Positions 38,718-40,000 of a stretch of 40,000 nucleotides of DNA are shown here, piece by piece (the stretch's first letter is position 1; every line of letters starts with the position of its first letter). The stretch comes from a bacterium (lineage in GTDB: Bacteria > Patescibacteriota > Gracilibacteria > Absconditabacterales > Absconditicoccaceae): contig JAUIDC010000001.1 in NCBI GenBank assembly GCA_030429145.1, positions 427,204 through 467,203 on the forward strand. Direction: 5' to 3'. The notes below the pieces were generated by a model. That model did no database searches and had not been told where the DNA came from. It saw only the letters and a program-made list of their open reading frames with translations. A program made the translations under genes and the position numbers.

Positions 38718-38996
38718 TTATGATTGTTTTACTTCAACAACTGTCTTGAGGTATGTTCTACCGTCAAATTTCTTGAAGTTCTTCTTTCTGAAAGAAACAA
38801 TACCATCCTGAGAGGCGTGGATAGAGAAATCTCTTCCCTTATATGTTCCTTCACCGCACTCGTACTTATCACCTTTTTGTCTGATGATAATATTGCCAGC
38901 TACTGCAGGCTGACCGCCGAAGACTTTGACTCATCTATATTTAGGCTTCGAGTCTCTGAGGTTTTTAGCCGAACCAGCGGCTTTTTTATGTGCCAT
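38718..38996 (-). CDS. rpmA: 50S ribosomal protein L27 (92 aa)
   Basis: Not in the track as one ORF. ATG 38996 to TAA 38718-38720, 279 nt. Translation: MAHKKAAGSAKNLRDSKPKYR(TGA=G)VKVFGGQPAVAGNIIIRQKGDKY.... The TGA at 38931-38933 falls on the invariant Gly of the KrLGVK.fGG motif. Confidence 0.9.
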
Positions 38997-39030
38997 TGTG
39001 GGTTTGTATAAACTAAAGTGTAGGTCATAA

Positions 39031-39068
39031 AAGCCCCAATATCCCATAGACATGGTGTATTGAGGCTT
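39031..39068 (-). terminator. terminator downstream of rpoC
   Basis: On the minus strand: stem AGCCTCAATA, 16-nt loop, stem TATTGGGGCT, followed by TTTTAT. Confidence 0.55.
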
Positions 39069-39174
39069 TACTACGCGTTTCGTCCTGTATCACTAGTTTT
39101 GACCTATGGTCTTTGGTGAAACTTTTACGAGACGCTTCATAGTGCCTATATAGTTAGGCATTATAGATATTTTC

Positions 39175-40000
39175 TTACTCATTTCAAGAGATTTCTTCTT
39201 CAGCTTGAGGTATCTCATTTTCCTCATTTTCAAGCAACTTTTGTCTGTAGATTTCTCCGACAGGGAGGAGACGACCGATGATCACATTTGATTTAAGATC
39301 TGTGAGGTTGTCGATGCTTCCCTTGAGAGAGTTGTCTACCATAACACGGATTGTTTCTTGGAACGAAGCAGCTGATAACCAACTGTCTGTCTCTTTCGCA
39401 ATCTGTGTCAGACCAAGCGCAAGACGTTTACCTCTTGCCGCTTGCTTCTTCTGCTCTTCGAGCTGTTGATTGACTGAGACGAACTCTTCGTATTTGACCA
39501 TAGTTCCTGGAACAAAGCTTGAGTCTCCAGCATCTTCGATAAACACTTTTGAGAAGAGCTGTTTCACAATCACTTCCATATACTTGTCGTTCACGTCCTG
39601 ACCTTGAGATGTATATACCTTTTTCACTTCTCTTACAATATACTTCTGCGCTTCAAGGTCACCAACGATGTTCTTGTACTCTTCAATATCGAGAGATCCT
39701 GTAGAAAGCACCTGTCATTTCAAGACAGTAGCACCAGACTTCACTTTGAGGGTAGTACCTCCTGAAAGCGACTTCTTGTATTTCTGTACTACACCAACAG
39801 TAACATACTCTTTATGAACCTCCAATACCAATCCGTCTTCTTTCAATTTCAACTTACTTCTTCCTGATATTGCATAATCATCTCCCTTCTTTACTTCCTG
39901 TCATACTTTCACGGTTGATTTATAACCATCTTTAATGATATATGGCTTTGGTTCTGGCTCTCCAATGATCTCTACATCGAGCTGTTTTCCAACTTCTGCG
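39175..40000 (-). CDS. rpoC: DNA-directed RNA polymerase subunit beta', C-terminal part (5' end beyond the window)
   Basis: The frame is open from the window edge to TAA 39175-39177. The standard-code stop at 39184-39186 is a TGA, and the frame continues for ...EEIS-G-NE. Motifs: LGLTQIAKETDSWLSAASFQETIRVMVD and NVIIGRLLPVG. At least 3 more in-frame TGA lie upstream. Confidence 0.88.

Noticed and set aside
39072-39175. 22-codon ORF (MPNYIGTMKRLVKVSPKTIGQN) between the rpoC stop and its terminator
   Set aside because: It has no recognisable family, no promoter, and lies inside the probable rpoC 3' UTR. The support is insufficient.
39184-39186. TGA as the rpoC stop codon
   Set aside because: Under code 25 the frame continues for three more codons (G-N-E) to TAA at 39175-39177, consistent with all other genes ending in TAA or TAG.
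1-40000. CRISPR arrays, rRNA genes, prophage or integrase genes
   Set aside because: I saw no regularly spaced direct repeats, no rRNA-like conserved stretches, and no integrase/recombinase or phage structural motifs in any frame under code 25.

Overview
This window comes from a low-GC, CPR-type bacterium that reads TGA as glycine (translation table 25, the Gracilibacteria / Absconditabacteria-SR1 type). The supplied standard-code ORF track therefore breaks almost every gene into pieces. Reading through in-frame TGA (about 80 by my hand count) joins the pieces into about 48 CDS, and every one I traced ends in TAA or TAG.

Housekeeping content:
- Translation and transcription: frr (3' end), argS, thrS, gltX, tsaB-like, nusB, rpmF, rpmA, rnc, rpoC (3' part).
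- Cell wall, DNA repair and secretion: murB, recA, murC, secF.
- tRNAs: tRNA-Thr(GGU) and tRNA-Gly(GCC).

Accessory and envelope content:
- An orphan 1631-aa ORF followed by a FecR-like membrane protein.
- A separate sortase + degenerate-LytM/GH73-like unit.
- A Kazal + META secreted protein, and a VKOR homologue.
- An aquaporin, a SemiSWEET and an MscS channel.
- Three TrbC/VirB2-like pilin paralogues, with a VirB4-N-terminal-like protein and a VanY-type peptidase.
- A type IV (pseudo)pilin, and an HTH-methyltransferase fusion.

The signal I rate highest is not a gene. The 278-nt thrS leader carries a near-consensus promoter, a 15-codon mini-ORF (MLRQPTLTTTTTSTQ, with five consecutive Thr codons) and mutually exclusive 1:2 / 2:3 / 3:4 pairings that end in an intrinsic terminator. 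That is a classical ribosome-mediated attenuator, here placed on an aminoacyl-tRNA synthetase gene.

Other regulatory candidates:
- A GAAC-N4-GTTC (Cheo/LexA-type) box upstream of recA.
- An inverted repeat over the promoter of the TrmB-like gene.
- A promoter-plus-terminator pair bounding a roughly 90-nt candidate sRNA.
- A degenerate tandem copy of the tRNA-Thr gene.

I saw no rRNA, CRISPR array or clear mobile element. All homology calls rest on motif recognition by eye; no searches were run.
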